Source: Blasia pusilla (Eukaryota). Taken from it: a stretch of 64,000 nt of DNA. Numbering within the stretch: position 1 is the stretch's first letter; every line of letters starts with the position of its first letter. The notes beneath the pieces were generated by a model. That model had not been told where the DNA came from, did no database searches, and saw nothing but the letters and a program-made list of their open reading frames with translations. Positions 1 to 13,990 of the stretch are shown piece after piece. Made by a program: the position numbers and the translations under genes. Location of the stretch: assembly GCA_050084515.1 (NCBI GenBank), contig CM114271.1, positions 2,604,001 to 2,668,000 of the forward strand, given 5' to 3'.

Positions 1-3000
1 CGTGGCAGCTACGTGGCAGGGGATGTGGTTGGGATTGTATCAGGCAGCGTCCCCTCCACCTTCCACGAAAGGGAAAATATGGGGATCATGCCAAGTCTAC
101 AAGACGAATAGACGCGCGACAGCGCAACTTTTGAATTGATGAGTGGGCCCACCATCACCAGTTGTACTCCAAAGCAGCTTCAATTGTGCCACCGAGATGC
201 GGAGGCCTCGACACGTGTAAACTCGAGGAAAGCACGCTACACACGTCAGAGACCTTCGACTCGTCTAGCAGTCTTGGGTCCAAGTCCACACTCCTGCCCT
301 GGACTTTCAAGTCCATGCTGCCCTATCTAAAGTAGCGGGTGGCCTTCAATCCTGCCAACTTTGGCGGGAGCTGTTTACTGTAGGAGGTAAAACCCGGCCA
401 TTTGTCAGCAGGCATGCAGTTTCACATTCCACAGGATAATGCGAGCTTTTATTGGGCGTGATGCTGACATGGTGAATCACCTATTTTTTGTGCAGGGGCA
501 AGCCGTCTCTCAACGCTAAAGGACCCTAAAGGTAAAGGTTAGAAGAAAAGAAAAATAACCATTTGACTCATGCCTTTCCTTCCATCCATCCATGTAGAGT
601 GTGGGATTGTGTTCATGGGACAATTTGATCTAGTTGTTTATTCTTGGGGAAAATGGCCACATGCCCCAAAATGGATGTGAAATTTCAACTTTTGTTTGAT
701 ATTTGTTGCTAAAAGAATGACTTTGAGCGAAGTTGTTACGGCCCCTACAAGTTCTCTTCGTTTTTTTCCTCACCGTCTAGGCTATCCACGTGTCCTCCAC
801 ACGTGATTATTTTTGTCTCCTCTCACCGATCTCAAAGGGCCGCACACTGGTTTTTCTATAGATTTGCATATGGTAATAACAATAAAGTGTTATTTTTATT
901 TATTTACGGAGACAGATCATCTATATTACTATTAGGTCCGAAAGGGTCTTTCTAAAGGAGGAGAGTACAATTTCCCTCTTTGGGTGAAGGTTATCTTGTG
1001 GGAAAGTCCACCAGTAAATGACATGAGCAAATGATTCTATGTAAATGCCATATACTAACAAAATTGGGTTGTCACAAAGTCAATCTTGGTGGACGTGTAA
1101 GCAAATATTATACGTGATCCATATTAACCAAAGCAAGTGCATTGCACATGTGCTTGTTAGTTCTAGTATGTATAACGACGTGTGTGATGTAGATCGTGTT
1201 ATTTTGGAAGCAACAAAAGATGGAAGTGCAAAATCATGAAAGGAGATTTGAATATCATTATATTGATGGTCCTATGTATGCTACTTCCATGCCAGTGTTT
1301 CCCATTACCTTCACTTTTCAAATTTTCAAAAGACACAAACCAAAATGTTTAGCAAATGAGTGAATTATGAGTGTGTTCGGATGAAGGACTTTAATTGTCA
1401 ATCTAAAGTAGGTTGTGGACTTTGAGTTCAATGACTCTTTGAGGGCACAAATTTTTTGTTTGGCTTTGGATGAGTTCTCTCATCCACTTTTATTGTAGCT
1501 CTCCTTATTAGTCCAAAGGAAACCTCTTGCACAAAATATATAAGGTCCAAGCCACTCGACTACCCAACTATAAGGATAAGGCCTCTAGGGTCCTTTCCTC
1601 TTTCAATGTTTCGGTTTGATTTATTTACCATTACCATTTACTATAATCACTCATGGAATGATCCTCATAGGCTTCGTATTGGACCTCATAAAGTGGGAGA
1701 CGTGATCCCCAATAATAGTCAATGTCAAACCCTTTGGAGTGGAATTGTGTACATGCAAAAATAATACACAAGAGAAGATGTGCTCTTACTAGCTTGTCAT
1801 AGTGGGCCAAGGAAACCATGAAAATTTGACCCCCTAGAGGAATCAAAAGGAGTGGAGTTGTTACATGAAAACACCATGGAGTGTAATCACTTCAAGATGA
1901 GCGAGACTCGAACAACAAAAAGATGCATTAGTGCACCCATCCATTGCTTCCCACCTATAAATTATTTGTGTGTCTCATTTGGGGGGTCATAGACATGTAT
2001 AAATAACTTTCCTAAGCACGCCATTTGGAGTTGTTGAAATCCATGGAAAGTGGACGACTTCCCCCTTCCACTATACAATTAAAAAAAGTGTGTAAATTTC
2101 ACATGGAAGTTGAGATGCCCCATTTGCTCACCATCTCCAAATGAGAAACCCAAATGGGTACACCCCAAACCACTTTGGAGCGTCAAACAAACAAATCAAA
2201 TCAACACTAAGAAAACTCCAGTACCAAGAAAACAAACCTTACTTGGAATCATGCACCCCAATCGCCAACCAATCACCCAACATTCTTATTGGCTCTCTCT
2301 ATTACACAAGAGAGACCTATGAACCACTACGAACCAAACTCGTACTATAGTCATATGCAACGCCATCATGGAGTGTCGAATCATCTATGCAAGAACGACA
2401 CCCAATGACAACAAAAGGCAAGCATGAATGGCCAAGCTAACCCCCTCCCTCCCCCCTTATTAGCACACACGAGCTGAGGCTAGCCATTGGCGCTCTCCCT
2501 CCCTCTCTCTCTCTCCACCATGGCCAAGTGCACACAAAGAGGCTAACCCCCTTATAACTAAGCCCAAGCAACAAAGAGTCGTCATATGCAACGCTAAACG
2601 GGGATATTGTCAAATCATCAATGGAAGAGCGAGACCCAATGGCAACTAAAGCTGGAACTGTACAAACATCCATTTCTGCCACCTCACATTGGCCAAGTGC
2701 ATGAGAAAACCCACCGTTTGTCTTCCCCACAAGTTCGTCGTCAACGAACGAACGAACGAACGAAAGAGGAAAGGGAATGTACACTTATGACGTGGATCTG
2801 AAGAAGAGGGAGAGATCGAGAGTGTGCGCACACCCTTAAGGGCCATAGGCTGAGTTTTTTTGGTTGCTGTTTTGAACTTCAATGCGGTGTCCTTGGGTTC
2901 TACGACAGGAGGACCTGAGCGAGTAAGTATAGGGGTGGGGGGGGTAGTTACTGCATAGGCATGGACGGATCGGAGTTGACAGACGGAAGGACGGAGTCAT

Positions 3001-4099
3001 GGACGGCAGTGACGACGGTAGAACCCTAGCTAGTTAAGGGACTCGGGCCGACGCACGCGTACTTAAAATAGAAGAACGCTCTCCTCGATCGTAGCTACGT
3101 CATGGAGGCCACGTGGGGGGTGCGGGGTAGCGGTGGCGGCGCCTCTCGCCTCATGCAACATCCGAAAAGAGGCCCCCCTTCCGATAAAAGCACTTCTTAC
3201 AGGAACAGTCCCGTAGAAGCTTCGTGCAACAAAAATCCCCGGACTTGACAGGTACCGGTTTTGATGTCCATGTTTCCGATTTTCAAACCGGAGGTCAGCA
3301 GCTTTATTAAGTCCCCTTGACTCTTAGTCTCTCACTAACTCCATGCAGTTCGGGTTTTGTTCCTGCCATTATTTAAAAAAAAGAAAAAGAAAAGAAAGAG
3401 AGATTTATGGAAGGATCAACGGGCGACCATAAGGAGGAGTACGGTTATGAGATAAAAGAAGACACTGCAAAACGAGATCTGTGAGGTCTATAAGGGAGAC
3501 AAAGTTAAGTTGAGGGTGGGAACGTTAATTAGGCGAAATTAAAGGCAAACTGCTAATTTTTTTTGTTTCGTGGTGTTAATTTGCTCCGGGGGCATTTTGA
3601 ACGAAGGAGACGACAAGCACATCACGCTCTTGTAGGACAGGAGTTCTAGTAAGAAAAATAGCACACTAGGAGAAATGGCATGTGGGGCCATGTGGCATAC
3701 GATGGAGCCATGTGAAGGGCAGAAGAGAAAATAAAGTCCAGGCGAAAACCGATGGAAAGTCCCAAAGGGACCGCAGGGTCCCCGTGAATATCGGAGGTTT
3801 CTGTAAGAGATCTACTGGATCCCTCCTGTCATGCGCACATCCGCATATACATCCATGTATGCATTCATACATCCAGACCGCAGACTGGAAGGTTAGGGTG
3901 GGGCAGGCTAGCTTTGCAGCCGTCAATTGACGACCCGAGCGGATCTCCTTTTAGGGCATTTATTTATTATTAATATTTAGTTTTTGCCGGAGTGGATAGA
4001 AGAGTGCCAGTAGCGGTAGTAGTTCCGAGAAAGTGACCTGGGACTAGCCAGTCATCGGGTAGACACCTGGTCAAATTCCCGATTTTACCAGACCCACGT

Positions 4100-4969
4100 C
4101 CTCCTGCAGCTCTTCTTTTATTTTTCTTGTGTTCGCGAAGCCGGACAGACAGATCCGCCTCCTCCCCCTCCAATCCTGCCTGCGATCTCTACTACTTCCT
4201 CTCGTCATCAAATCCAGATGCACACCGCGATGATCTCTCTCTGACTGACTTGGCCGCCTCGCTGACTCCCTCTTCTTCACCGCCGAGGGTTCCCCCCACC
4301 ACCACCACCTGTCTCTCCCTCCCCCCCGTTCTTGAGCGTCTCTTGTGTGTCTCCGTCCATAATCCACTCCACTCCACTCCACTCCACTTCAGTGCAGTGC
4401 AATTTAGCGGTCTCTTCTCAAGAGACCTCCTATCCCGTCCCCTCACCTTCCCTCGCATTCCCTCGTCCTCCTCCCCTTTCAGTCGTCGCGTTTGCCGCTG
4501 AGCCCGGCTCCGGAGGATTTGGGCGTTGGTGTTGTTGTTGTTGTTGCGTTGGCGGTCCTCGGGGAGTCCAAAAGAGGGGAGAGAAAGGAGAAGGGGAAGG
4601 GATATGGAAGGGCAGTAGGAGTAGGCCGCAGAAGAAGACGCCAGCGGCCTCGCCAGCAAGAGCGAGAGAGAGAGAGAGAGAGAGAGCGATCCCGAGCAGT
4701 CCGAAACTCCTGTGGAGAAGAAAGAAAAGAGCGCACGGGCGTGAGGGATAGGAACAGGAGAGGGTTTGTTGGGGGGGGGGGGGCTGCGACATATCATCAA
4801 CACAACGGCGAGAGCACCAGTGCGAGTAATCAAACCGCAGGAACAGGACTGCGCGCGCGCGGCGCACACAGGGAGAGGAAGAGAGAGAGAGAAGAGAGAG
4901 AGAGGAAGAGGAGGAGGAGGAGGAGGAGGAGGAGGAGACGAGGAGAGACGCAGACTTCTCCAGAGATTG
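4100..4969 (+). promoter_or_regulatory. Probable long 5' leader (non-coding first exon) of the NF-YA gene, rich in CT/GA/GAG microsatellites; transcription start approximate
   Basis: A GC-rich stretch with (GA)n and (GAG)n runs ends at a consensus donor G|GTGAGT (GT at 4970). A matching acceptor TGCAG ends at 6005, upstream of the ATG at 6130. Confidence 0.55.
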
Positions 4970-5027
4970 GTGAGTCCAGGAACGATAGCCTGCGGATCTA
5001 GGATTTCGATAAGTCGTTGAGATCGAG

Positions 5028-5066
<39 letters not shown>

Positions 5067-6129
5067 TTGGGAGTGTGCAGAGGATTTGTTTAGGGGAAGG
5101 GAAGGGGGAGCGAGTTCTTTAGGGGTAAAGCTTCTCTATCCCGTGTCAGAGGGTGAAGATATATGCGCTTAATTTTGAATGATCTCTTGGTCTTACATCT
5201 GTGGGAGGCAGTCCTGGGATTGAGGTCGGTAGAGAAAGGTGGGACTCGATTTGCAGGGCGGCCGCGGAGAGGTTTGGGTTGCTGCGGAATGAGTAGAGAG
5301 GACGAGTGTGGTTAGGGCCATGGGGTGGTAAAGGGTTGCCGCAATCGTCTGTGGTTTGGGCAAAGCAGGAGGGAGAGGCAAGCTGTTCCGATTTGCGGAG
5401 TGGCATGTAGTATGTCGACATGCTTGGATGTTTGCATCCGGGGGTAGATATGGAAACTTGGTAGTCACGGCATGGTGGGATAATCGGGCTCCTCACGAGC
5501 GATGAGTAGTTCGTGCTCGCATTGTTCCTTCCTGGTTGCCGCGTTCTGGGTACTTCGTGGAAATGTTGGGACGGACGGTATCCGTATACGCCGAAGACGG
5601 GGAAGCGTTCATAGGCGAGAGGGTTCTGAGAAAGGTCCCGTTGTAATTGAAACGTTGCGTCGTGTGGCATTTGACTAACTGGTGGCTCGTGTTCGGTGGG
5701 GTGGGTCAGATTGTTTTCCACCGCTGGTGGATGTTCACTGGTGAGGAGGAATAAAACGAGCCAGTGGCATACCCAATTTCGTTCCGGGTATATGGCTTTG
5801 CCGACTTTGATTTGACTTCGTCGTGAAGGTGGTGGGATAGTGAGCCGGTATAGTTGCCTCGTCGATTTCTGAGTTGAGGAGTCGGGTGCATTTGGTCACG
5901 CAGGGATGGACCGAGTGGATAGTGTAGGGGTGAATGCGTTCCCCAAGTCATACCCTTTGAAGAGTGGATGTGAAGGTTGCGTCTTACACGGCTTGTACCG
6001 TGCAGGGGCAGGAGAAGGAAACTTTTTCCCAATGATACAGTGAGCAAACTTGCCTTCGAGAGTGACGACCGTACCTACTCATCTAACTAGTTGAGCCCAA
6101 AGTCCAAATCCGACGGCCCAGCTAGCAGA

Positions 6130-9100
6130 ATGCAAGCGATGCCCTCTCAACCAGGTTCGTTTACGAGTTGCAGATCCGCTATTCTTGTGAATGACATGTA
6201 GTCGTCCTCTGTACTTGCCTTTCTACATCCGCTGGTGATTATGTATCTCACTTAAAGAATATCGTCCGTCATCAGATTTTGGATGATGGATGCTATATTA
6301 CAAGAAGAGCTAATCAGTGAAATAACGAACCAGCTTCGCCAACCAAAAGAGCAGAGCGGGAGCATTTCCGTTTTCAGAGTGACTGGTAGCTCAGTAGGAC
6401 TCTGGATGCAAGCAAGTCTGGAACTGGAAGAAAAGCATGGCAGACAGAAGAGAGATCTACCTGTCGGGTAGATATTGCAACTTCCACTCCTGGTAACAAC
6501 TAGATGTCCAGTTAGAAGCAGTACATGTGAGTGAACCTACATGGTGTGGAGATACTAAATTGGACCCAGTTTTTGTGTAGGTTATGACAGCAGTGGTGTA
6601 GATGAGACCCAGCAACAACAGCAAGCACAATCGGCAGTTGTTCCTGGACCGGGCGAATACATGCTTCCTCACACTCAACTCGAACTCGGCCACTCCATGG
6701 TGTGCACTGTTACAGCCTCACAGTGCCTACCTGGGATGCAGATGATATTTTGAATGTAGGAAACTAGACGTAGGGAAGTTTGGACGACTCGGATGCGATG
6801 TCAGTTCTTCTCAGCACTGGCGATCGTGGCTAGCCAGTTTCAGGGGTGTGTTGGTTTTCGTCGTCAGTCTTGAATATGTCTTGCATTTGTCTGAATTATG
6901 TCGATTTATTTGTGTGTTACGTTCCTTTACAGGCACGAGCAGCATATCCGTATGCGGATCCTTATTTTGGAGGGATCGTTGCAGCCTACGGTGCACAAGC
7001 CATGGTAAGTCAGTTTCATATGTTGTTATTGGTGTGACATTTGGGAATTGGCCATTCAGGTAGCTGCCATCTCACCGCTGAACACTCTTCTAGAGGACTC
7101 CACTGTCGCGATCCGTTGTGGATTAGATGTGAACATGAGATAAATGGCTAGCTCGCAGTGACCTCCATCAATTGCAACCCCATGTGCAGTCGATGGGAAC
7201 AGTAGTTGTTGTCCAATACTCATGGTAAGCTAATTGTGGCGTTGCCGTATCCTCATGCAGATTCATCCTCATATGCTTGGAGTGCAACAAGCACGCATGC
7301 CCTTGCCTTCCGAGATGATGGAGGAAGAACCCGTGTATGTTAATGCCAAGCAGTATCATGGAATTCTGCGTCGCAGGCAATCTCGAGCCAAGGCAGAATC
7401 TGAGAACAAACTCATCAAGTCGCGCAAGGTATTGACAAGTGTCGGTTCACAGCAGCTGTAGGACATTGCCATTGTTTTGTGATTGCCAAGCGGGACAGCT
7501 TACGTGCTTCTCCTGCCGACCTTCTTTACTTGTAGGATATCCTGGGCACTAGCGTCTGATCGAGAATTCATCCTGGGACTATGTGGGCCTATCTGATCTT
7601 GGCACTTTTTCCGTGGTCTGGTTACTCGTGAGGAGACTTCGGAGTAAGGTTGGTACTTAGAAGTTAACCCATGCTAGAACGGGGAGTTACACATCCAACG
7701 CATCTTGCCTGACGAAGCCAAATAGATTCTTATGGTCTCACGTTGTGTGGCATGTTAAGTGCATGGACTGCAACCCAGTACTCTGGGATGTTGGGCGAAA
7801 GTCTAGTCTCTCCTCCCCAGATCGGACACTAGTATGACGCCTTAGCAGTTCTAACTTACAAGGTCCACTTCCTCCTGAGCTGTACCATAACTATGATGAT
7901 GCTGTGCATCATTAAGTGGGGGTGGTATTGGGAGATCTTGCCCGTGTGAGGCACGTGATCGAACTTGGGAGAGTCATGTACACTCTCGCTGCCCTTGCTG
8001 ATTTAGTCAAAAGTACATACCATCATTTGAACCTTTCATGCAAGGTTGACAATAATCTGCTGTAAGCTGGCAGAGGCGAGAGTGACTAAATCCGAGGTTT
8101 CACGAAAGCCAGCACAAGAATTGCTGATCCTCCGCAGGACCTCCATAGTAGGCCTGTGTTGGATGGCAGAAAAATATAACCCCGGAGACGAGGCTCTACT
8201 GGACGCATCATTATTGGACCATGCTCTATTTCACCATTCCGAAGGGTATATGGAACAAAGTAATCGAGAGGAAAGTTGCATGGATTGTAGTGGATACCCT
8301 GAGCAATAGGGTGCCACGAGCCATTTTAGTGTGATGGAATGCTGCGCATCGTTTGATATGTTACTAATAACTAGCAAACATTCTGGTCAAATTCGAGATA
8401 TTTTAACAGATCCATCCCCGCTGCATATTGCTCTTCCACCCTGCTGGATATCTTTAGCTCAAAGCCTGTTGCCAAGTGCTCTTTGTAGGGAAGAGGAGAA
8501 AAGGCAGTTAAAAAGTTGAGCTTCGTCCTCAAAGCAGAGGTCTTCAGGTGCGGGTCCCTCTGTACTTAGCTGGAGTGGTTGTTTATGAGGGACAGGGAGG
8601 AGAGCCTCTACAGTCTCTGCAAGGCAGTGGGCTCAGTGAGGTTTCTGTTGTGTCCGAGTACCATTGTCAAATACTGAAGCTGGTGAACCAAGAACTCACA
8701 CCAACCCAAACCAACTCGTTCTATTGGCGGGTAGTCAGTGCAATGGTAGTAAAGCTGTGTTTTTGTGCAGACAAAAAAATAATTTAGAGGGTCTGTTGGT
8801 GTGCTGATATGGTTTCTGTGTTGCATTGCAGCCTTATCTTCATGAATCTCGGCATCTGCATGCCTTAAGAAGGGCTAGGGGTTGTGGAGGCCGCTTTCTC
8901 AATACAAAAGCAAAGGAAGAGGCAGCCAAAGCGGAGGCTAACAGGAGGTCCTCTGAAGGGCAGTCATCCGAGGGCACCCACACGTCTGATTCTCAGGCCT
9001 CACACTCTGGGCAGGGATTGATGGGTCAAGGTATGCAGGGCGGAGGGATGTCTTCACAGGGGGTGCCAAGTTTGCAACAGATGGGACAATATCATGCCGG

Positions 9101-9293
9101 AATCATGAGCCATGCAGGTCATGTGGGAATGGTGTCAGGAGGTAACCAAGGCGGAGGCTATCATCATCAGTCTCAAGCATTCCACCCCTCTGCATTCCAT
9201 CCTCTTCCTGGTGGTGCGGATGGGAACGACAGTGCACAGAGTGGCTCCATGGTGTCCAATGGCTCTCAGCAGACAGCCGTCGCCACTCAATGA
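6130..9293 (+). CDS. NF-YA: Nuclear factor Y subunit A (CCAAT-binding factor B/HAP2), ~281 aa; exons 6130-6154, 6581-6699, 6933-7004, 7261-7428, 8832-9293
   Basis: All introns are GT-AG and the phases join in frame. The product has the plant NF-YA motifs [18 protein letters not shown] and RMPLP, and the core [25 protein letters not shown]...[28 protein letters not shown]. Confidence 0.95.
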
Positions 9294-10850
9294 AGTTGTT
9301 GATGCGTTGGGTCTGGTCGATGGTTGTTCTCAACCTAGCCCATGGACGTGGTTGATTTTCTGGCCTTCAAGTTCGGAGAGTTGTAGCTCTGCCCAAATGA
9401 GATTCCCTTGTCTACAGGTGGAAGAACTGGTCTTGAGACTTTCTGGTTACTTGTGTTCTCAAAGGAACATGGTAAGGATACTTTCTTGTCCACTTGAAGA
9501 GACGTCAGGAGAAGATAAAGCCCCGAGTATGGCAAGGTTCTTGCATTTTTGCCCACTAGCAAGTTTCCTCCGTTGGGAGCAGGGTACAGTCTCACAGTCA
9601 ACTCTTTCAAACTGATAAGGCAGAAGTTGGGAGACAATCAGAGACTGCCTCTCAAAGATGAAGAGAGATCCATGTGCCTGGTTGGTGGCTGTCAGACTTC
9701 CTCATTTGACGGTCTTCCTCAGTGGTAGATGCCAATGTGTGGAGAGCAGACATGTCCACCAGACCCGAGGAGAAATTCGCAAGTGACAGAATTTGGTGGC
9801 TAGTCTGCAAAGACTACCGGACAGGGACTATACGGTCCAAAGTCTTTGTACTCAATTTTCTATTGAGGCAGTTTGTGATAGGTTGTAGGTTGTGTGATTT
9901 CCTTATTGGAGTCCTGAAGATGGTAACGAGCTTATGGAGGAGGTCAAATTCCCTGTGTGACACCTGGAATGAATGTGAATGTTTTGAGGTCTGTAGAGGA
10001 GGATGACTAGTTCCAGCAGGGCATGGATTAAACACCGCCTCGTTCGTGATACCAACCTTCTGGTACATTAGTGGTGGGGATTGTCTTAGGTCATTTTTGA
10101 GATGGTTCAGGTTTCTTTAATATCCTTTCGAGATAGTGTAGAAAGTTGGTAGAGAGGTGTTCAATCCTATCAGTCATACACCACCTGGTTCTAGGAATTA
10201 GGGACACAACCTTGTAGAATTCACTTGTACATTGGTAGAAGTAGTGTTGTGTCCCTAGATGGTGTATACAAAAGAACTCAGGGCAGAGTGTCAAGTCGAC
10301 TGCAAAGTAGATGAAGACTTGTGTTGGTCCTTTTTTCTCTTGTACTGTAGAGGAATGGGTAATTTGCCACCCATCTGAGGCACAGGGTGATGTGAAAGAT
10401 GTAAGTGTATGTGAAGCAGTACTTCAAGAGAATTTCACTTGAGCTATTGTTTTGGTGTTCAAATGGGGCTCAGTGGAAGAGCCGCCAGCCTTTTGACCTT
10501 CTGTATGCTGCAGCTTGTTGCCCGTAGCCATGGGACATATTCTCCAGTCCCAGTAAGTGGGTCTTTTTAGCTCTGTAAATTGAGTTGTACAGACATGGGC
10601 TATAAATGTTACTTTTTCCAATCTCTTTGTAAGTGCTGCTCTTTGCCTTGTGTGTGGGACACAGGTCCGTGCTGCTGAGTTTCTTGAGTTCTGCTTACTT
10701 GAATCTCTCGGTCATCCACCAGCCTAGAAAGGGGATGGCAACGCTTCCGAAAGCTCTGAATGTTTATGGTTGAAAGTACTCAAACCTACTGATGCCCATG
10801 CCTAAATACTTCGAATTGTTCGTGTGAAGCCCACTAGAAGCCCCCAAAGA

Positions 10851-10886
10851 TCCCATTTGCATGTAGTGTTCTACATGCAAATGGGA
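10851..10886. repeat. Perfect hairpin, 16-bp stem and 4-nt loop
   Basis: TCCCATTTGCATGTAG-tgtt-CTACATGCAAATGGGA. Confidence 0.9.
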
Positions 10887-13399
10887 GCATTGAAATTTTT
10901 GACGGTTCACCCTCATCTGACGCGTGCCTACTGTGAAAATCACTAGACGAATGAGACCGTGAAACGCACCTCACTACTTCGTGTCCAATGCACTTCTCAA
11001 TCCCTTGAGCAGAGGGCGAACTTCGTCATCTGCATCGTCTCTTGACTTCGCGCGCGTGGACAGATGTGGAGGTGTTTAGTCGTCATCTCGCAAAGCGAAT
11101 GGGTCGATTCATCGTGCTCTTCTTCTATACATTCTCTCCTTAGAGTAAAGTGGTAGGACAACTACTTCTTCTGGAAGTGAAACGAAACCACTTCACTCGA
11201 AACTATAACACGTCCCCATATCCTCAGTCGTCGTTGTGTACCTTCCTCCTTACACGCTTACGTCGTCCTCCGTCCCACAGCCCTCGCCCCGAAAAACAAG
11301 CGGATGGAAAAGCACATAGACCCACTCATCCTCCGTACGCGTTCTGTCCAGCCCTCGCAAGCACCCCGAACGTGACGCGACACCACCCTTCCGAGCCTAA
11401 CCCTGAAGGGCCTGAACCTGAAGCCGCGATTCGGGAACCCGCATGTGTCAGAACGGGCAAATCGGACAACGCAAGCGACGAAATCGGGCCCGTTTTCCAT
11501 CATCCGGAATCCCGACTTCTCTCTGAAGTCATCTGTATGGATCCTGCAGTCCCAACCACGTGCTGGCAGACAAAACTTTGAGGTGTAGAGAGGCCCTCCT
11601 CCTCCTCCTCGCAGGCGATGGTGCGCTCTCTGTCTGTCGCGTCCGCCGCTGGAATCCGTAATCCACAACCACAAACAACAGCAACAACGATCAATGAAGG
11701 TCGTGAGCGTTGTCCGGTCATCTATTTCTGCGTGAATAAGAGTCGTCGTCATAATAATTGTTGTGTTGTCGTCGCAGGAGACGGACAGACAGACACACAC
11801 GCGCACTGACTAGTGACTCACTCACTCACAGCCACAACGCGACCACAACATGATGAAGTAAGCAACTCTCATATGAGTTCGTGTTGTCGCGCAAGACGGA
11901 CACATCTCCAGTAAAGAAAAAGGTGTGTGTGTGTGTTGTCGTTGGCTATGAAGGGCTAGTTAGCATGTTTCTTTTAATAATTTAGACATATTTCTTATTT
12001 TAAAATTTAAGTAGAATTTTTTTAGAAAATTTTAAATGAGTAATAGCATTTCATTTATTTATTTACTTCTCAATAAAAATTTAAATAATACCCAATTTCT
12101 CTATACAATTGCACTTTTCTATAAAAGTTTAAACAATTTTCACCTTCCCACCAAAATAACATCCACTACCTAACTTATTAGTTAATTGTAATTATTGAAA
12201 TTAATTTCCTTTTCCATTTCAATTCATTTTCCTAGTCACAAATGTGAATCAAAATTATTATTTTAAAAATAATCATGATTTGCGGGATAGAGTCAAGAGT
12301 CCACCCTCAAACGTACAAAACGTTGAGCCTTGAGGTCCTATGGGAGCCTGTCGCTACGCGAACAAATTTTTTTTGCTTTGCATGTTTTTAGCACTATTTT
12401 TTATTTCAAATTTTAAATATAATTTACAAGTTTTAAAATTCTAGAAGAGGAATAACATTTCACTCTTCTAAAAAATTCCACTCCTTCATTAAAATTTAAA
12501 TGATACCCTTCCCCCAAATAATTCCACCCATCCATAAAATTTAAACAATATCTAAACCTTCTCCATGAAAATTCATTTTCCCTTCCCACCAAATATGAAT
12601 GAAGGGAAAAAATGATTGCTAATCTTATAATGATCATATTATTTTATCTCGCTTATACCTAGGATCATCCATTTAAATATACTTAAATTATTATTTATTG
12701 ATTAATAAAAACATTTTCCTCTTCCATTGAGATTCATTTTCTCTATCCTATTAGAATCAAGGAAAAAATTCAAACATGTTGCTATTTTATCTTACTATCC
12801 CACTATTTTATTTTATTGTCCATATAGAGTCGCCCATCATAATGTACATTGCAAATTTGTGAAGGTCCACTAATTAATTCAGTTAAGTAATACTTTCAAT
12901 CTCCTTCCACCCATGTAAAGTCAAGCTATCTCAAGACCTTCCCAAGAGAATTAGTACGAGGCTTGCACATCTAAGAAGGAATTCTTTTGAGAGAATAGGG
13001 TGAATAGGGCTTCTCGCTTCGGAAATAAAATATTGTCTAGAAATAAAAATGGAATAAATGAAAAGGGATATTCAGATAAATTAAATAATTGGTACTATTA
13101 GAAAGAGGACTACCACTAGTTATGAATTTGAGGGACTTTTGAGTTCGGGGAGCTCTAGTCAGGAAGGGCATTCATCATCATGAATAGGAATTCATTTCAT
13201 TTGAAAAGATGAAATGACCATGAAGTCGATGGGGTAAAACTTGTCACAATGTGCGTACATTTATTCGTACAAGTTTGCAAAATAAATGGTGATGGAAAAT
13301 AGAATCTACAACGGAGAGTTACATGCATATGTCATGGATTGATGTGGTGAGTGAATCCAAGGGTGTTGGGGTTGTAGAAATTATTGATTAACATTTATA

Positions 13400-13990
13400 T
13401 TATGAAGCAAAGTTGGAACGTAGTAACTCAACTTTCAAGTCAATGCACCAAGAATGTGGTTGGAGTGTCCTCTGGACTAACACACAAATGAATAGACATT
13501 AAGCATAAATCCCACCTTGCGAACCATGGGGGTGAACCAAGAGTATGGAATAGATTGAGAAGTTGACGTTGGGGTTTTGACACTAAGCCAAGTCCAAGTA
13601 GTCAAAGTATGGACATCAACGTTGGATCTTGATCCATGGCTTAGAAATTTAGTTTCGATTAGAGACTCACTCAAGGTCCATTGGGAAAGTGGGATTGCCA
13701 GGCAGGCTGGTGGCGTTTCAGACTCTAGACTGTTGAGGAAGTTTGTCCCAAGTCTTGAGTAACTTTCTTGTGTTGGGGAGTAAAGGATTAGGTTAGCATT
13801 TGACCTTATCAAGACTTGTTAAGCTCAAGGGATGACTTGAAACCTAGACTCGAGAGATATAAGGTTGACCTACCCAAGTTATGGTGAACATGAATGTGTT
13901 CGGATGCACATCAATAAAAATATATTGACGTGTTAAACACATGCTTTCGCGATACACAAGATCGATATTCAAGAGAGTTGGTCCGTGACA
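13400..13990 (+). mobile_element. Old diverged LTR fragment of the chromovirus family at 42154-49126, in the opposite orientation; left limit approximate
   Basis: The reverse complement of the end at 13990 (TGTCACGGACCAACTCTCTTGAATATCGATCTTG...) aligns with the LTR terminus TGTCGTGCGCCTACTCTCCTTGAACGTTAATCTTG. AAGACTTGGGACA is also shared. Confidence 0.6.

Noticed and set aside
4127-5031. Long ORFs on both strands (up to 279 aa) upstream of NF-YA
   Set aside because: They are low-complexity translations of GA/GAG repeats in a GC-rich leader.
9294-10100. miR169 target site in the NF-YA 3' UTR
   Set aside because: Only short GGCAAG/GCAAGT matches are present, with no convincing complement to the miR169 sequence.
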